A stretch of 38,488 bases of DNA. Origin: Utricularia gibba (taxonomy: Eukaryota; Plantae; Magnoliophyta). A model generated the notes under the pieces. The model had not been told where the DNA came from, ran no database searches, and saw nothing but the letters and a program-made list of their open reading frames with translations. Positions 38,097 to 38,488 of the stretch are shown here, in pieces (the stretch's first letter is position 1; each line of letters opens with the position of its first letter). Both the position numbers and the translations under genes were made by a program. Location of the stretch: the NCBI GenBank assembly GCA_002189035.1, contig NEEC01000411.1, forward strand, positions 1 through 38,488. Direction: 5' to 3'.

Positions 38097-38488
38097 GTAT
38101 ACCATGTCTCTAGTGGCTATTTGATTCTTTTGCTTGTATGTTGTTCGCATCAATTTCGAGAACATGAAGCACATTATTAAATGCAGTCACCACGGAATGC
38201 CACGTGAGACACTTTTCGTTGTGGCTTGTTTTTAATATGTCCACAGTTATCGGACAAACGTAACTCCAAATTATAATACTTGGAGCTCGAAAAGGGCTTC
38301 CCAACAGTGTGCTATGAAGAGCAAGGATCTGCATGTTATGCAAGAGGTGCTTCGCGGACCAGGATGTGCGACGTAGTCATTTCATTGCGCATCATCATTC
38401 GGGGTGCATCCTAAAAATCACACGTGCACGGGATTCATTAAAAATAAATATTTACGCATATCCAGAGTGGTATAACAGTGTTGGATAA
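38097..38488. repeat. Partial monomer (copy 74) truncated by the window end
   Basis: It matches the first ~390 nt of the consensus and ends at ...CAGTGTTGGATAA. Confidence 0.95.

Larger units (their letters stand above)
1..38488. repeat. Head-to-tail tandem array of a ~536-bp monomer, ~73.7 copies (satellite DNA-like or rolling-circle concatemer)
   Basis: The anchor GTATACCATGTCTCTAG, or a locally deleted version of it, recurs at 1, 532, 1061, 1583, 2115, 2640 ... 36500, 37036, 37566 and 38097. That gives 74 starts. Every inter-anchor segment carries the same sequence in the same orientation. The array runs off both window edges. Confidence 0.99.

Noticed and set aside
322-38343. The ~130 ORFs of the six-frame track as protein-coding genes
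   Set aside because: They are repeated readings of the same few 60-90 aa frames. Their ends and frames change with indels from copy to copy, and I recognise no domain or convincing ribosome-binding site.
1-38488. CRISPR array
   Set aside because: There is no short repeat alternating with unique spacers. The entire 536-bp unit is repeated.
1-38488. 5S rDNA, spliced-leader, snRNA or tRNA tandem gene array (similar unit sizes)
   Set aside because: Only chance-level fragments are present: ATGCGATCA on the minus strand, TTTTGGCT, GTCTCTAGTGGC and GTTCGCATC. I found no full 5S, SL, U-snRNA or tRNA cloverleaf sequence, and no proper A/B box pair.
1-38488. Endless ORF from rolling-circle reverse transcription (DRT2 neo-like)
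   Set aside because: The monomer length is not a multiple of 3, all six frames contain stops, and no reverse transcriptase gene is in the window.

Overview
The whole 38,488-nt window is one uninterrupted head-to-tail tandem array of a single monomer of about 536 bp. I counted 73 complete copies plus a 392-nt partial copy, all in the same orientation. By my hand count the consensus is about 40.5% GC with CpG observed/expected about 0.9. There is no flanking unique DNA, no recognisable gene, RNA gene or CRISPR array, and no strand switch. The ORF track is the same 2-3 short minus-strand frames repeated, with fusions created by indels. Copies differ mainly by deletions: mean 514 bp for copies 1-40, mean 531 bp for copies 41-73, none longer than 537 bp. 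Many deletions fall on the same positions where other copies carry substitution alleles. This pattern suggests a noisy long-read consensus over a genuinely heterogeneous array. The best reading is a satellite DNA array from a probably eukaryotic, CpG-undepleted genome. A rolling-circle concatemer of a ~536-nt circle is the main alternative. The most suggestive internal elements are a near-perfect 22-nt palindrome whose loop resembles a rolling-circle nick nonanucleotide, and a 12-bp inverted-repeat pair resembling a DNA-transposon TIR. Linked variant haplotypes also become more frequent along the array. I cannot name the repeat family, and I found no convincing evidence of a new gene-encoded system.
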